64,000 nucleotides of DNA from an uncultured virus (IMG/VR IMGVR_UViG_3300033571_022590) (Duplodnaviria; Heunggongvirae; Uroviricota; Caudoviricetes), in IMG/VR virus record IMGVR_UViG_3300033571_022590, positions 1 to 64,000 of that record. One strand, given 5' to 3'. Positions 1 through 8,567 of this stretch are shown in pieces. The stretch's first letter is position 1. Each line of letters opens with the position of its first letter. A program made the position numbers and the translations under genes. The notes beneath the pieces were generated by a model. That model ran no database searches. It was not told the origin of the DNA and saw nothing but the letters and a program-made list of their open reading frames with translations.

Positions 1-894
1 AATCTCCTTGCCAAGCTTCTCAATGCTTTTGTTCTCGCGATCTTTATCAAGCTTCGTGCGGGAGATCTGTCCAGCCAGGTCGTTAAGATCCTTGCGCTTC
101 TGATCCCATACTTTGTGTGCCTTGTGGGCCTTGACCTCGGCTTCAATGTCGATCTTCTTGAGCTCTTCGAGCGCGGTCGTGAGTTTTTCAATCTCTTCTT
201 CATGTTTGGTGGTCCATAGTTGTTGCCGCCTACGCAAGGCTTCGATCTGTTCTTCTATGCGCTTGTTGGCTTCTTGCACAGCACGTATGCGGAATTCTTC
301 TTGCTGTATGCTTTCTTTGGTCAGTCTGTTTTGTTCTTTGATGGCATCTGCACGCTCACTGAGCAAGGTTATGCCTAGCAGTTGTTCAATGATGGTTCTT
401 TGATCATTGGCTTTGAGGCTCAAGAAAGGCTCAGTATACGTGTTCAAGGCCAAGATGTGTTTGAACATGTCATGACTGAGACCCAGAACATGTTCGATGG
501 CATCCTGTGTTTCACGACTGTCGCCCTGTGCTTCATCGGTAATGGCTTGTTCTTCATTGTTGACATAGAACTTGAGGACGTTGGGTTTACGACCACGCTC
601 GATCTTATATTCCTTGCCGGCCACCAAAAAATCCAAACTGACCAACATGTTCTTGCCGTTGGTCTTGTTGACCAGATTGTCTTTGCGAATGTTGCTGAGA
701 GCCTGACCGTACAAGGCATAGCTGAGAGCGTTGATGATTGTGGTCTTGCCTGTGCCGTTTCTGCTACCGTCGCCACCCAGGTCCAGATTTTCTCCTAGGA
801 CCAAGGTTAGATCTCTACGATCAAAGTCTACGGCCTGGGTGTTGTTGCCCACACTCATGAAGTTTTTAACTGTAAGATTTTTTATCTGTATCAT
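1..894 (-). CDS. gp46: T4 gp46-like (SbcC/Rad50) recombination endonuclease ATPase subunit, N-terminal part; runs off the left edge
   Basis: Not in the ORF track because it has no stop in the window. Manual translation from the ATG at 894 gives MIQIKNLTVKNFMSVGNNTQAVDF...LVLGENLDLGGDGSRNGTGKTTIINALSYALYG (SMC-type KNF motif plus Walker A), followed by coiled coil. It lies downstream of a gp47-like gene. Confidence 0.93.
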   Translation of the reverse strand, partial: MIQIKNLTVKNFMSVGNNTQAVDFDRRDLTLVLGENLDLGGDGSRNGTGKTTIINALSYALYGQALSNIRKDNLVNKTNGKNMLVSLDFLVAGKEYKIERGRKPNVLKFYVNNEEQAITDEAQGDSRETQDAIEHVLGLSHDMFKHILALNTYTEPFLSLKANDQRTIIEQLLGITLLSERADAIKEQNRLTKESIQQEEFRIRAVQEANKRIEEQIEALRRRQQLWTTKHEEEIEKLTTALEELKKIDIEAEVKAHKAHKVWDQKRKDLNDLAGQISRTKLDKDRENKSIEKLGKEI

Positions 895-901
895 TAGTTA
901 T

Positions 902-930
902 AATATAACAAAAACAGCCAACAAAGTCAA
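902..930 (-). promoter_or_regulatory. sigma70-type promoter for gp46 (TTGACT-17-TATATT, extended -10 TG), probably leaderless
   Basis: Minus strand reads TTGACT(930-925) N17 TATATT(907-902), then 7 nt to the ATG at 894. Confidence 0.6.
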
Positions 931-1457
931 TTACTGAGTTTTTCTGACAGCAAAGCCAGCTCTCTACGTTTGAGATCAATCAAATTATGGTAGTTGTGTT
1001 CTAGTCGGTTCTGATTCAAACGCATATATTGTTGTATCTCCACCAGTGGAAGACTACAAAAATCTCTGATGGTTTTAGATACTGCCAAAAATCTTGATTC
1101 GCTATCGACAATAGAATCGTAGGTTTCGTCGATGAGATCTGACCAAGTCTCAAACCCTTTGCGTTTTAAAAGATCCAAGGTGTTTGGGGCACCCACTATA
1201 ATAAACATACGTTTGCAGGATATTGGACGCAGGGTTTTTTCGCTGATATAAGGGTACGGATAGTCAAACACAGTCTCAACCACAATATCAAGTGCAATGT
1301 ATTGATAAAAATTGGCCTGGAATCTGGTTTGATTAGCTTGACCAGCCACAATGTGAGAAGAAATAGATTGCTTGGGAGGAGTACAATCAATCGATGATCC
1401 GTAAACAAACTTATCGTTGCACCTAGAGTCTGACGGAGAAACAGTGATGATGTACAT
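927..1457 (-). CDS. C-terminal half of a GT10-like (E..EK..PF..GF.TF..DE.YD) family protein
   Basis: DIVVETVFDYPYPYISEKTLRPISCKRMFIIVG...GFETWSDLIDETYD matches five paralogs at 37-55 kb. Confidence 0.7.
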   Translation of the reverse strand: MYIITVSPSDSRCNDKFVYGSSIDCTPPKQSISSHIVAGQANQTRFQANFYQYIALDIVVETVFDYPYPYISEKTLRPISCKRMFIIVGAPNTLDLLKRKGFETWSDLIDETYDSIVDSESRFLAVSKTIRDFCSLPLVEIQQYMRLNQNRLEHNYHNLIDLKRRELALLSEKLSN

Positions 1458-1999
1458 TATATTTTAATGGTCATTGCTATATGCGTGGTAATCAAATCTT
1501 TGACAGCATTATATACAGCATAGCGATGGCTACGACGCGATCCTGCCATCATGCATATTGCATGCGTGTCAATGCTGTCAATATTGACTTCCACGCTGTT
1601 ATATTCTTTAGAACTGTAGTTGCCTGGATTGATAAAAGTTTCTATCACTGTGGGCCGATCATTTGGGTGTGATCGACTTAATAACTGATCTATTTCTTGA
1701 CCTATGCCAAAGTGATTGGTGTAGAATAACATAGTGTATAGCGGAAGATTCAAAGAACACCATACAGTAAAAAGATTATTGAGATTTATACCATGACCAT
1801 GCCAGTAAAAATCAGTATCAAACTGCACTATTACATATCTGTCATTGGAGGCATAGTGTTCTTTTTTTGTAGCGGACAATCGCGAAATTAGCGATTCAAT
1901 TTTACCACAGTCAAAACTTTTAGTTCCAATAATGTCTATTAAGTTGTAATGTTTTTCTAGTACTTTTTTAAAATCTTTATCCAGCAACGGTTCAACCAT
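1457..1999 (-). CDS. Hypothetical protein, probably the N-terminal half of the GT10-like family protein
   Basis: Ends with ICMMAGSRRSHRYAVYNAV, resembling FLMLNGRLRPHRKALIDAL in 42517..43629. Has a TAATG stop/start overlap with 927..1457. Confidence 0.6.
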   Translation of the reverse strand: MVEPLLDKDFKKVLEKHYNLIDIIGTKSFDCGKIESLISRLSATKKEHYASNDRYVIVQFDTDFYWHGHGINLNNLFTVWCSLNLPLYTMLFYTNHFGIGQEIDQLLSRSHPNDRPTVIETFINPGNYSSKEYNSVEVNIDSIDTHAICMMAGSRRSHRYAVYNAVKDLITTHIAMTIKI

Positions 2000-2000
2000 G

Positions 2001-3014
2001 TCACAATCCCTGATATATTTTTAACAAAAGTTTTGGATCGTAGAATTCACTTTCAATATTGGTGAGCTGATCAGTAACAATTTGATCCACACTTTCAAAT
2101 TTTACTTCGCCTGGGGCCATGTCAGTATCTACATCGGTCTTTTTTACAGGAATTAGGGCCATTTCTCTCAATGCATAATCTTTGATAAAAGTGTCTTTGA
2201 TAAAACCGGCTTCTTCGTAGCTGATATCAATGTCCAGTTGCACACGTACATGCATGTTAGGTGCCAGCAAGGTGGGCGCATTGTCAATAACTTCACTAAG
2301 TTTGAGCACACGATACAGGGGTTGGCCTGGCCACGCATGATATTCAGGAGCACCGCCCCATTCCAGGATCATCATGCCACGTGCGGCATCGCCTGCATCA
2401 GCATAGTTGTGTGGGAAACAGTTGCCTATATAGTGGATGTTCTTTTTCTGCTGACGCAAGTGGAAATGTCCTGAAAACACCTTGTCGAACTGACCAAAGT
2501 GATCCATTTGAATCTCTCCATGATCGGGCATTTCCACCATGGCGTTCATCTTGAAATGCGGCAGTTCAAAGTGCCCAAACATGTACTGACCTCGGAGTTT
2601 GGGTATGCGTTTGTGATCATCTCCGACCAGCCATGGAGCAATTACCACATCACCATCTTGGAACCAGTCATTGACGATCTGGATGTTGGGTATGTGTCGC
2701 GCCCACTCTGTGCTGTAGATATCACGTTTGTCACGATAGTACAAGTCGTGATTGCCCGGAATAAAGTAAAAGCGATCAAAAGCCGCACTCAATTTCTCCA
2801 AACTACGCAGACTGTACTGCAAGGTCTGCATGTTGATTGCGGCACGCTGGTGGCTCCAGTCTCCTAGGAACATGCCGGTTTCACACCCATTTGCTTTTGC
2901 AGTGGCAATAAACCAATCAATAAAATCACTACAATCTTGATTGTGTTGTAGGCTGTTTGACTTTAGGCCAAAGTGTATGTCCGTGCAGACTGCTACTTTT
3001 TTAAATAAACTCAT
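2001..3014 (-). CDS. gp47: T4 gp47-like (SbcD/Mre11) recombination endonuclease nuclease subunit
   Basis: Metallophosphoesterase motifs DIHFG, GD, GNHD, GH and SGHFH; sits between the gp55-like and gp46-like genes. Confidence 0.93.
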   Translation of the reverse strand: MSLFKKVAVCTDIHFGLKSNSLQHNQDCSDFIDWFIATAKANGCETGMFLGDWSHQRAAINMQTLQYSLRSLEKLSAAFDRFYFIPGNHDLYYRDKRDIYSTEWARHIPNIQIVNDWFQDGDVVIAPWLVGDDHKRIPKLRGQYMFGHFELPHFKMNAMVEMPDHGEIQMDHFGQFDKVFSGHFHLRQQKKNIHYIGNCFPHNYADAGDAARGMMILEWGGAPEYHAWPGQPLYRVLKLSEVIDNAPTLLAPNMHVRVQLDIDISYEEAGFIKDTFIKDYALREMALIPVKKTDVDTDMAPGEVKFESVDQIVTDQLTNIESEFYDPKLLLKIYQGL

Positions 3015-3017
3015 TGA

Positions 3018-3049
3018 ACTAGTATACTAGTCTTCAGATATAATCACAA
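3018..3049 (-). promoter_or_regulatory. sigma70-type promoter for gp47 (TTGTGA-17-TATACT) with its -10 inside a perfect 14-bp palindrome ACTAGTATACTAGT
   Basis: -10 at 3026-3021, 6 nt before the ATG at 3014; palindrome at 3018-3031. Confidence 0.5.
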
Positions 3050-3935
3050 CCTCACTGGCAATCATGTTTGGATTTTTCTTGCCTGAGTTTTGACGTGTCC
3101 ATGACGGATTGAGTCCGTTCATTTCTAAAATGTCATCGCGAATGTTTTGATTTTTCTTTTCCAGATTCAAGATCCTGGTAAAGCTGTTGGTAATGGCCGC
3201 GGTGTAGTAGGCAAAAGGATTTTGACTCTTGCTCTCATCAAACTGTAGACCAATCTGGCTGAGCTGTAGGAGTGCTTGTCCACGCATTTCCTCGTTGTAG
3301 GTATAGCCACGCCAGTTGCTACGTGTGGCATAGCGTTCACATAGTTTCATGAACATCATGGCCAGCTTGCGTGTCATTTGTCCGTGTTCGCGACAAAATT
3401 CTCCGTGCTCAAGATCGCCCCGCCAATGACTCTTGCCCACTAGAAATGGCTGTTTGTTTTCGTCTAGGCGATAGTGATAGAACGGGGGAAAGTTGAGTCG
3501 CACATGAGTGGGATCCAAGATTGGTTCATCCACAATGTCGTCTAGGCTTGCATCCATGGGATCATCGAGTTCAAGAATGTCTTCAATTTTCTTTTTCTTG
3601 GTCTGTGTCTTGGGCACTTTCTTGGGTGCCATGGGTATGTGTTCCCAGCAGGTTACTCGAAACACTAGATCAGTGTTGGGGATTTTTTTTGGGTCAATCA
3701 CTGTGCCAGTTTCACGCTTGATGCGATCTGCGCGATTTCTACGTGCTTCGGCTATGGTTCTTTGATTGATCTTTTCCACTGTGGGCAGGATGATGTCATA
3801 CTGATGATCAAGCACAGAGTCTCGATATGTGCAATATGTGTTTTTACTCAAGTGTATTTCTTTTAAAATATCTCGATTGTTGAGATAATTTACTTTGGGT
3901 GATGTTTTTGGAATCGCTACAGGTGGTGTTACCAT
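3027..3935 (-). CDS. gp55: T4 gp55-like sigma factor for late transcription
   Basis: NYLNNRDILKEI...YATRSNWRGYTYNEEMRGQALLQL...FDESKSQNPFAYYTAAITNSFTRILNLEKK; adjacent to gp47/gp46 as in T4-like phages. Confidence 0.88.
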   Translation of the reverse strand: MVTPPVAIPKTSPKVNYLNNRDILKEIHLSKNTYCTYRDSVLDHQYDIILPTVEKINQRTIAEARRNRADRIKRETGTVIDPKKIPNTDLVFRVTCWEHIPMAPKKVPKTQTKKKKIEDILELDDPMDASLDDIVDEPILDPTHVRLNFPPFYHYRLDENKQPFLVGKSHWRGDLEHGEFCREHGQMTRKLAMMFMKLCERYATRSNWRGYTYNEEMRGQALLQLSQIGLQFDESKSQNPFAYYTAAITNSFTRILNLEKKNQNIRDDILEMNGLNPSWTRQNSGKKNPNMIASEVVIISED

Positions 3936-3955
3936 CTAAAATTTCTCCTAGCAAG

Positions 3956-3988
3956 TATTTATTGTAGCACAAAAACGACACTTGTCAA
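3956..3988 (-). promoter_or_regulatory. Overlapping sigma70 promoter (TTGACA-16-TACAAT, extended TG) and late-type AATAAATA element upstream of gp55
   Basis: TTGACA at 3988-3983, TACAAT at 3966-3961, AATAAATA at 3963-3956; Shine-Dalgarno AGGAGA before the ATG at 3935. Confidence 0.65.
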
Positions 3989-4019
3989 CCGTTCTTAAAC
4001 TACGTGGTTAAAAAAATGG

Positions 4020-4026
4020 TTAAATA
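4020..4026 (+). promoter_or_regulatory. T4-like late promoter core (TTAAATA) for the baseplate operon
   Basis: TAAATA about 18 nt upstream of the ATG at 4045, with an AAGGA Shine-Dalgarno in between. Confidence 0.5.
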
Positions 4027-4044
4027 CACTACAAGGACCACGAC

Positions 4045-5274
4045 ATGGCAACAACATTTTTTCCTGAAGATCAAGATCCAGACCTGGACCCTGAACTGCC
4101 GCAACCAGAGCAAGAGCAGTTTGTGGAAGAATTCACGCCTGAGCCCTTGACTGTCCCCCCAGGAGCCGATCCTGATGAAGAATTTGTAGAAAGTTTTGAG
4201 CCACTTAATCAAGAGTTGCCCGAGGATCAATTTGTTGAGCGTGATGGGCTTTTTGTGTTGGCATCCGAAGCAGAACCAGTGCCCGACGAGGATGGATTTA
4301 TAGAAACCCCGGGTGGCTTGAGAGTACTGAAAGAGGATCTGGATGCCGAGCAGGACGAAGCTGTATTCCGTCAACAACAGGAAGACCAAGGAGTACCACA
4401 AGCCCTGAATGTTGACAGCGAAGAAAGCCTCAATCAGCTTAATATTCAGGCCAAGGTCAAACAAGCGCAAGACCAAGCCACAATACAGCAAAGATACAAT
4501 CAGACCACTCAGGGCGATTGGCGTGTACGCATACGTTTGGCACCAGGCGCCAATTATCTCTACAATGACACCACCAATGCTCTGCTGGCTCCATTGCGTG
4601 CCAGTAATGGTGTTATATTTCCTTATACGCCCACAATAAGCACCAGTTTCAATGCCAACTATGACAAGTATGATTTGACACACAGCAATTATCGTGGCTA
4701 CTTTTACAAAAACAGCAACGTGGGCGACATACAAATCATTGGAGAATTCACAGCTCAGGACACTGCCGAAGCCGAATATCTCTTGGCCACAATTGTGTTT
4801 TTTAGATCAGTCACCAAGATGTTCTACGGCAAAGACACTTTTCGTGGAGCACCTCCGCCCTTGGTAGAACTGTCGGGAATGGGCCAATATCAGTTCAACA
4901 ATCATCCTTGCCTGTTGGCCAGCTTCAATTACAGCCTGCCCAAAGATGTTGATTACATTAGAGTCACGCCCAACAATCAAGGCATAAATCTAAGCCCCAG
5001 ACGCAATCAAGTCAGTAGCAGTCCTGGTAGCACCATACAAAGCGTGTTGCGCAGATTGGAAACAATTGGTGTTCCGAGGGGCGCAGTTGGACAACCCGGC
5101 GACCTGGGTGTGGTGACCAGCACAGTAAATGGTACTGGACAAAGTACCTACGTGCCTACCAAGATGGAAATTCAAATTACCTTGTTGCCAGTTCAGACTC
5201 GCCAACAAGTCAGTCAACAATTCAGTGTCAAGAATTTTGCCAATGGTAACTTACTCAAGGGAGGATTCTGGTAA
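4045..5274 (+). CDS. Baseplate/tail-tube-associated structural protein with an acidic N-terminal extension
   Basis: First gene of the baseplate operon. GVIFPYTPTISTSFNANY...THSNY and APPPLV.LSG.G segments are reminiscent of tube-initiator-like proteins. Confidence 0.6.
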   Translation: MATTFFPEDQDPDLDPELPQPEQEQFVEEFTPEPLTVPPGADPDEEFVESFEPLNQELPEDQFVERDGLFVLASEAEPVPDEDGFIETPGGLRVLKEDLDAEQDEAVFRQQQEDQGVPQALNVDSEESLNQLNIQAKVKQAQDQATIQQRYNQTTQGDWRVRIRLAPGANYLYNDTTNALLAPLRASNGVIFPYTPTISTSFNANYDKYDLTHSNYRGYFYKNSNVGDIQIIGEFTAQDTAEAEYLLATIVFFRSVTKMFYGKDTFRGAPPPLVELSGMGQYQFNNHPCLLASFNYSLPKDVDYIRVTPNNQGINLSPRRNQVSSSPGSTIQSVLRRLETIGVPRGAVGQPGDLGVVTSTVNGTGQSTYVPTKMEIQITLLPVQTRQQVSQQFSVKNFANGNLLKGGFW

Positions 5275-5573
5275 TGGCCAACTATGACGCAACCAGTCCC
5301 TATTATCTAACTCAGTACAGTCAGTTCTTTTTGGATGTCATGATCAATCGACCAATTCCGCAGGAAAGTGATGACTTGCAACTGACCATTAATCTTACCT
5401 ATCAGTATAGACCCGATCTTCTGGCCTATGACTTGTATGGTACAGGGTCTTTATGGTGGGTGTTTTATCAACGCAATCCCAATACTTTGACCAAACCTCC
5501 CTTAGACTTCAAGGCTGGCACCAAAATATATCTTCCAAAAGAATCTACTCTGAAATCAACTCTGGGCTACTAA
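5274..5573 (+). CDS. Baseplate wedge protein, gp53-like (LysM-like)
   Basis: YQYRPDLLAYDLYGTGSLWWVF...N motif is typical of T4 gp53-like proteins. Confidence 0.8.
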   Translation: MANYDATSPYYLTQYSQFFLDVMINRPIPQESDDLQLTINLTYQYRPDLLAYDLYGTGSLWWVFYQRNPNTLTKPPLDFKAGTKIYLPKESTLKSTLGY

Positions 5574-5576
5574 GGC

Positions 5577-8564
5577 ATGGCAGATCCAATCATTCCAGAC
5601 ACGCTATCAGACGGCGACGGCGATCTTGGACTAGATCCAGAAACCATCACTCTTGAACAGAGTCAAGGTGTAAACGAATACGAATCTGAACTACAAGGCG
5701 AATTGTTGCAGGAACCGTTGCAGTTGCCGCCCGGTGCTGAACCCGATGAAGTCACAGCTCTAGATGAAAGTGATGGTCCCATACTGCTCAACGAGCAAGC
5801 TCCCAATCTTACCACATCAGCCGGCGCTGGAGCCAATGATGACAATCAGGGACTTGGTGCCTCCTTGGGATTTTTTAACAACAATGGCTCGCCCAGCAGA
5901 TCAGGCTCAACCGGAGCCACGGGCAAAATTACACCACAACCCAATGTGTTGGATCGTTTTGCCACTTATACCTATACAGCCAGCGTGTATCTCATGAGTC
6001 CAGAGCAGTTGGACATATACACAAAAACTGGCAAGCGTTCGGTGCAAGGCTATAATCTTTTGTTTCAAAGTGGTGGAGCACCCAACAACATTGGTGGAGC
6101 CCAAGGAGCTCTCAGTGCTGAAGGGTTAGCAGCCAGTCTGGGGCTTGAAGGAGCCACTAGTCCAAGCACACCCACATCACAGCAGACAGATTCAGGACGC
6201 AATCCTTTTTTTCCCTTGGACTATTACATAGACTCTATTACCTTGAACAACAGTCTGTTTGGTCGCAGCACCAATGCCGCTCACAGCACTGTGGACATGA
6301 AATTTACTGTGGTTGAACCCAATGGCATTACCCTAATTGACAACATGTATCGTGCTGTGCAGGATATTGCACCACGCACAGCCGCTGGTAGTATAAACTA
6401 TGCTGCTGCAGTGTATCTCATGGTGATAAGATTTTACGGACAAGATCTCAACGGTGTTGTACAACGTGTGGGTGCGGCCGATCCAGGCACTGGTCTCAGT
6501 GATCCCAACGCTGTGGTAGAAAAATTTATTCCCTTCAAAATTAAAGAAATAAAATTCAGTGTCAGCAACAAGTTGGTTACCTATGATTTTGAAACAGCTC
6601 CAATTGGTCAAATGATTGGAGCCGGCACACGTCGCGGCACAATACCGGCCGATATTGAACTCAGTGCCACCACGGTGGGGAAAATGCTTACTGGTGATGT
6701 TGAATACAGTTCAGCCACCAGCAGTTCCAATGCTCCAGGAGCCAGCACCACAGCAGCCAATACCACACCCACAGATGGACGTGCCAGCTCCACACAGCCA
6801 AACAATGAAACTCCAGAATCACCACCCAAGGCCAACAATGCACCCAATACCAAACGCACAATCAAGCAAGGCCTCATGGCGGCCATGAACGAATTTCAAA
6901 AAGAACTAGTCAAGAAAAAAATTTACGATGTGGCCGATGAATACATCTTGGAATTTGCCAACGGGGCTGAAGCCATACGCGATGGTAAAATTTCTAAGCC
7001 CGACAAGAAAGTCAACAAAAGTGCCACGCCCATGAGCGAAGCACCCAGCCAAAACAGTCAAACTGCCAGCCCTGACAAAAGTGCCATGGATGTAACTGCA
7101 CGCAACTGGGGTGTCACAGCCGGCATGCAACTGGTACAAGTGATTGATTTAATCATACGCAACAGCAGTTACATCACTGACCAGGCCTTAGTCACCATTG
7201 ACGAAGATTCTGGCAAGCCAGTGCCCAATCCCAAGGCTGGCACACGCGGCATGAAGTGGTACAACATACTCATGGAAACCACACAGTTGGACTATGACAA
7301 AAAACGCAACGACTTTGCCTATAGAATCAAGTACATCATAGTGCCTTATACCTTGACCGACTTTGACAGTCCCTATTTCCCCATTGGCAATTTTAGAGGC
7401 CTGCACAAACGCTATCCCTATTGGTTCACCGGTGAAAACACACAGGTCTTGGACTATCAGGCTTCGTTCAACAAACTTTATGTGCTCACTGTGTCAGGAC
7501 CACCTGGTAGCACCGGCTTGGAAAATGTACGCAAAAAGTACACCTCCAGCATGCGAGACATTGCCTATTATCAGTATCAAGCACGCAGTACAGAATCGGC
7601 TCAGGGAGCCGAGGGCAAGGCCAACGAACTGGCAGCGTCGGCGGCCGAGTACTTGTATAATCCCAGCGACAATGGCAATGCCAAGATAAGAATCATAGGC
7701 GATCCAGCCTGGATACAACAGGGCAGTGTGGCCAATTCTATTGATCCCAAATCACTCAAATACGGACCATTTTTACCGGATGGTACCATCAATTTTGATG
7801 TCAATGACATAATGTTCGAAATCGCCTGGCAAAAACCGCAAGACTATGATCTAGCATCTGGCATAGCCGATCCCTACAAGGCCACCAGTCGCACATTTGG
7901 CGATCGAACACCCATACAAAGCGTGGTATATCGTGCCAAGAGTGTGGTCAGCGAATTCAAGCAAGGTCGTTTTGAAACCACGTTGGAAGGCACCTTGTAT
8001 CAGTATCCAGTGCCCAGCGGAGCAAACAAGGCTTCGACCGCCAGCAATCCTGTGCCTAATACTTCAATAAATTCTGCCGACCTGGTCAATGATGGCAGCG
8101 ATGGTGAATCTAACTCCTCTGGCTTGAGTTCAGAGCTGGTGCGTGAACCCTTGGATGAACAAACTGGCAACACTGGCGATAGAATCAGCGGAGACCAATT
8201 CCAAGGCGAGGAAGAACTAGTGCAACTGGGCTATAATGATTTCAGTCAAAGTGCTGAATACGAAAATTATGGTGGCCCTGGGCTTGTAGCCGAGCCCGAT
8301 CTTGCCAGTATTGATCCAGGAACTGGATCGGGAGAATTTGTGGCAGACTCGCCCACCAGTGCTGACACAGCCTCACCTGCCGAACCCGATGCCGAAGTAG
8401 AAAGCAACGGTGTTATTGTGGGCACAGGAACCGGACAAGCTATTCCGGTCAGTGGTAGATTAAGCGCGGCTCAGCGTGCGGAGATAAATCAAAACACACT
8501 GGGTTTTGATATAGAACTCAATCCAGTACCGGTAAATCCACAAATCATTGCAAGAGATTGGTAA
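5577..8564 (+). CDS. Probable baseplate hub protein with acidic low-complexity termini
   Basis: Lies between the gp53-like and gp5-like genes. The IRIIGDP motif and VVSEFKQGRFETTLE C-terminal barrel segment fit gp27-like hubs. Confidence 0.55.
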   Translation: MADPIIPDTLSDGDGDLGLDPETITLEQSQGVNEYESELQGELLQEPLQLPPGAEPDEVTALDESDGPILLNEQAPNLTTSAGAGANDDNQGLGASLGFFNNNGSPSRSGSTGATGKITPQPNVLDRFATYTYTASVYLMSPEQLDIYTKTGKRSVQGYNLLFQSGGAPNNIGGAQGALSAEGLAASLGLEGATSPSTPTSQQTDSGRNPFFPLDYYIDSITLNNSLFGRSTNAAHSTVDMKFTVVEPNGITLIDNMYRAVQDIAPRTAAGSINYAAAVYLMVIRFYGQDLNGVVQRVGAADPGTGLSDPNAVVEKFIPFKIKEIKFSVSNKLVTYDFETAPIGQMIGAGTRRGTIPADIELSATTVGKMLTGDVEYSSATSSSNAPGASTTAANTTPTDGRASSTQPNNETPESPPKANNAPNTKRTIKQGLMAAMNEFQKELVKKKIYDVADEYILEFANGAEAIRDGKISKPDKKVNKSATPMSEAPSQNSQTASPDKSAMDVTARNWGVTAGMQLVQVIDLIIRNSSYITDQALVTIDEDSGKPVPNPKAGTRGMKWYNILMETTQLDYDKKRNDFAYRIKYIIVPYTLTDFDSPYFPIGNFRGLHKRYPYWFTGENTQVLDYQASFNKLYVLTVSGPPGSTGLENVRKKYTSSMRDIAYYQYQARSTESAQGAEGKANELAASAAEYLYNPSDNGNAKIRIIGDPAWIQQGSVANSIDPKSLKYGPFLPDGTINFDVNDIMFEIAWQKPQDYDLASGIADPYKATSRTFGDRTPIQSVVYRAKSVVSEFKQGRFETTLEGTLYQYPVPSGANKASTASNPVPNTSINSADLVNDGSDGESNSSGLSSELVREPLDEQTGNTGDRISGDQFQGEEELVQLGYNDFSQSAEYENYGGPGLVAEPDLASIDPGTGSGEFVADSPTSADTASPAEPDAEVESNGVIVGTGTGQAIPVSGRLSAAQRAEINQNTLGFDIELNPVPVNPQIIARDW

Positions 8565-8567
8565 CAC

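Noticed and set aside
113..937. Plus-strand and alternative-frame ORFs in the track
   Set aside because: They are shadows of the minus-strand gp46-like gene, which has clear Walker A and coiled-coil features.
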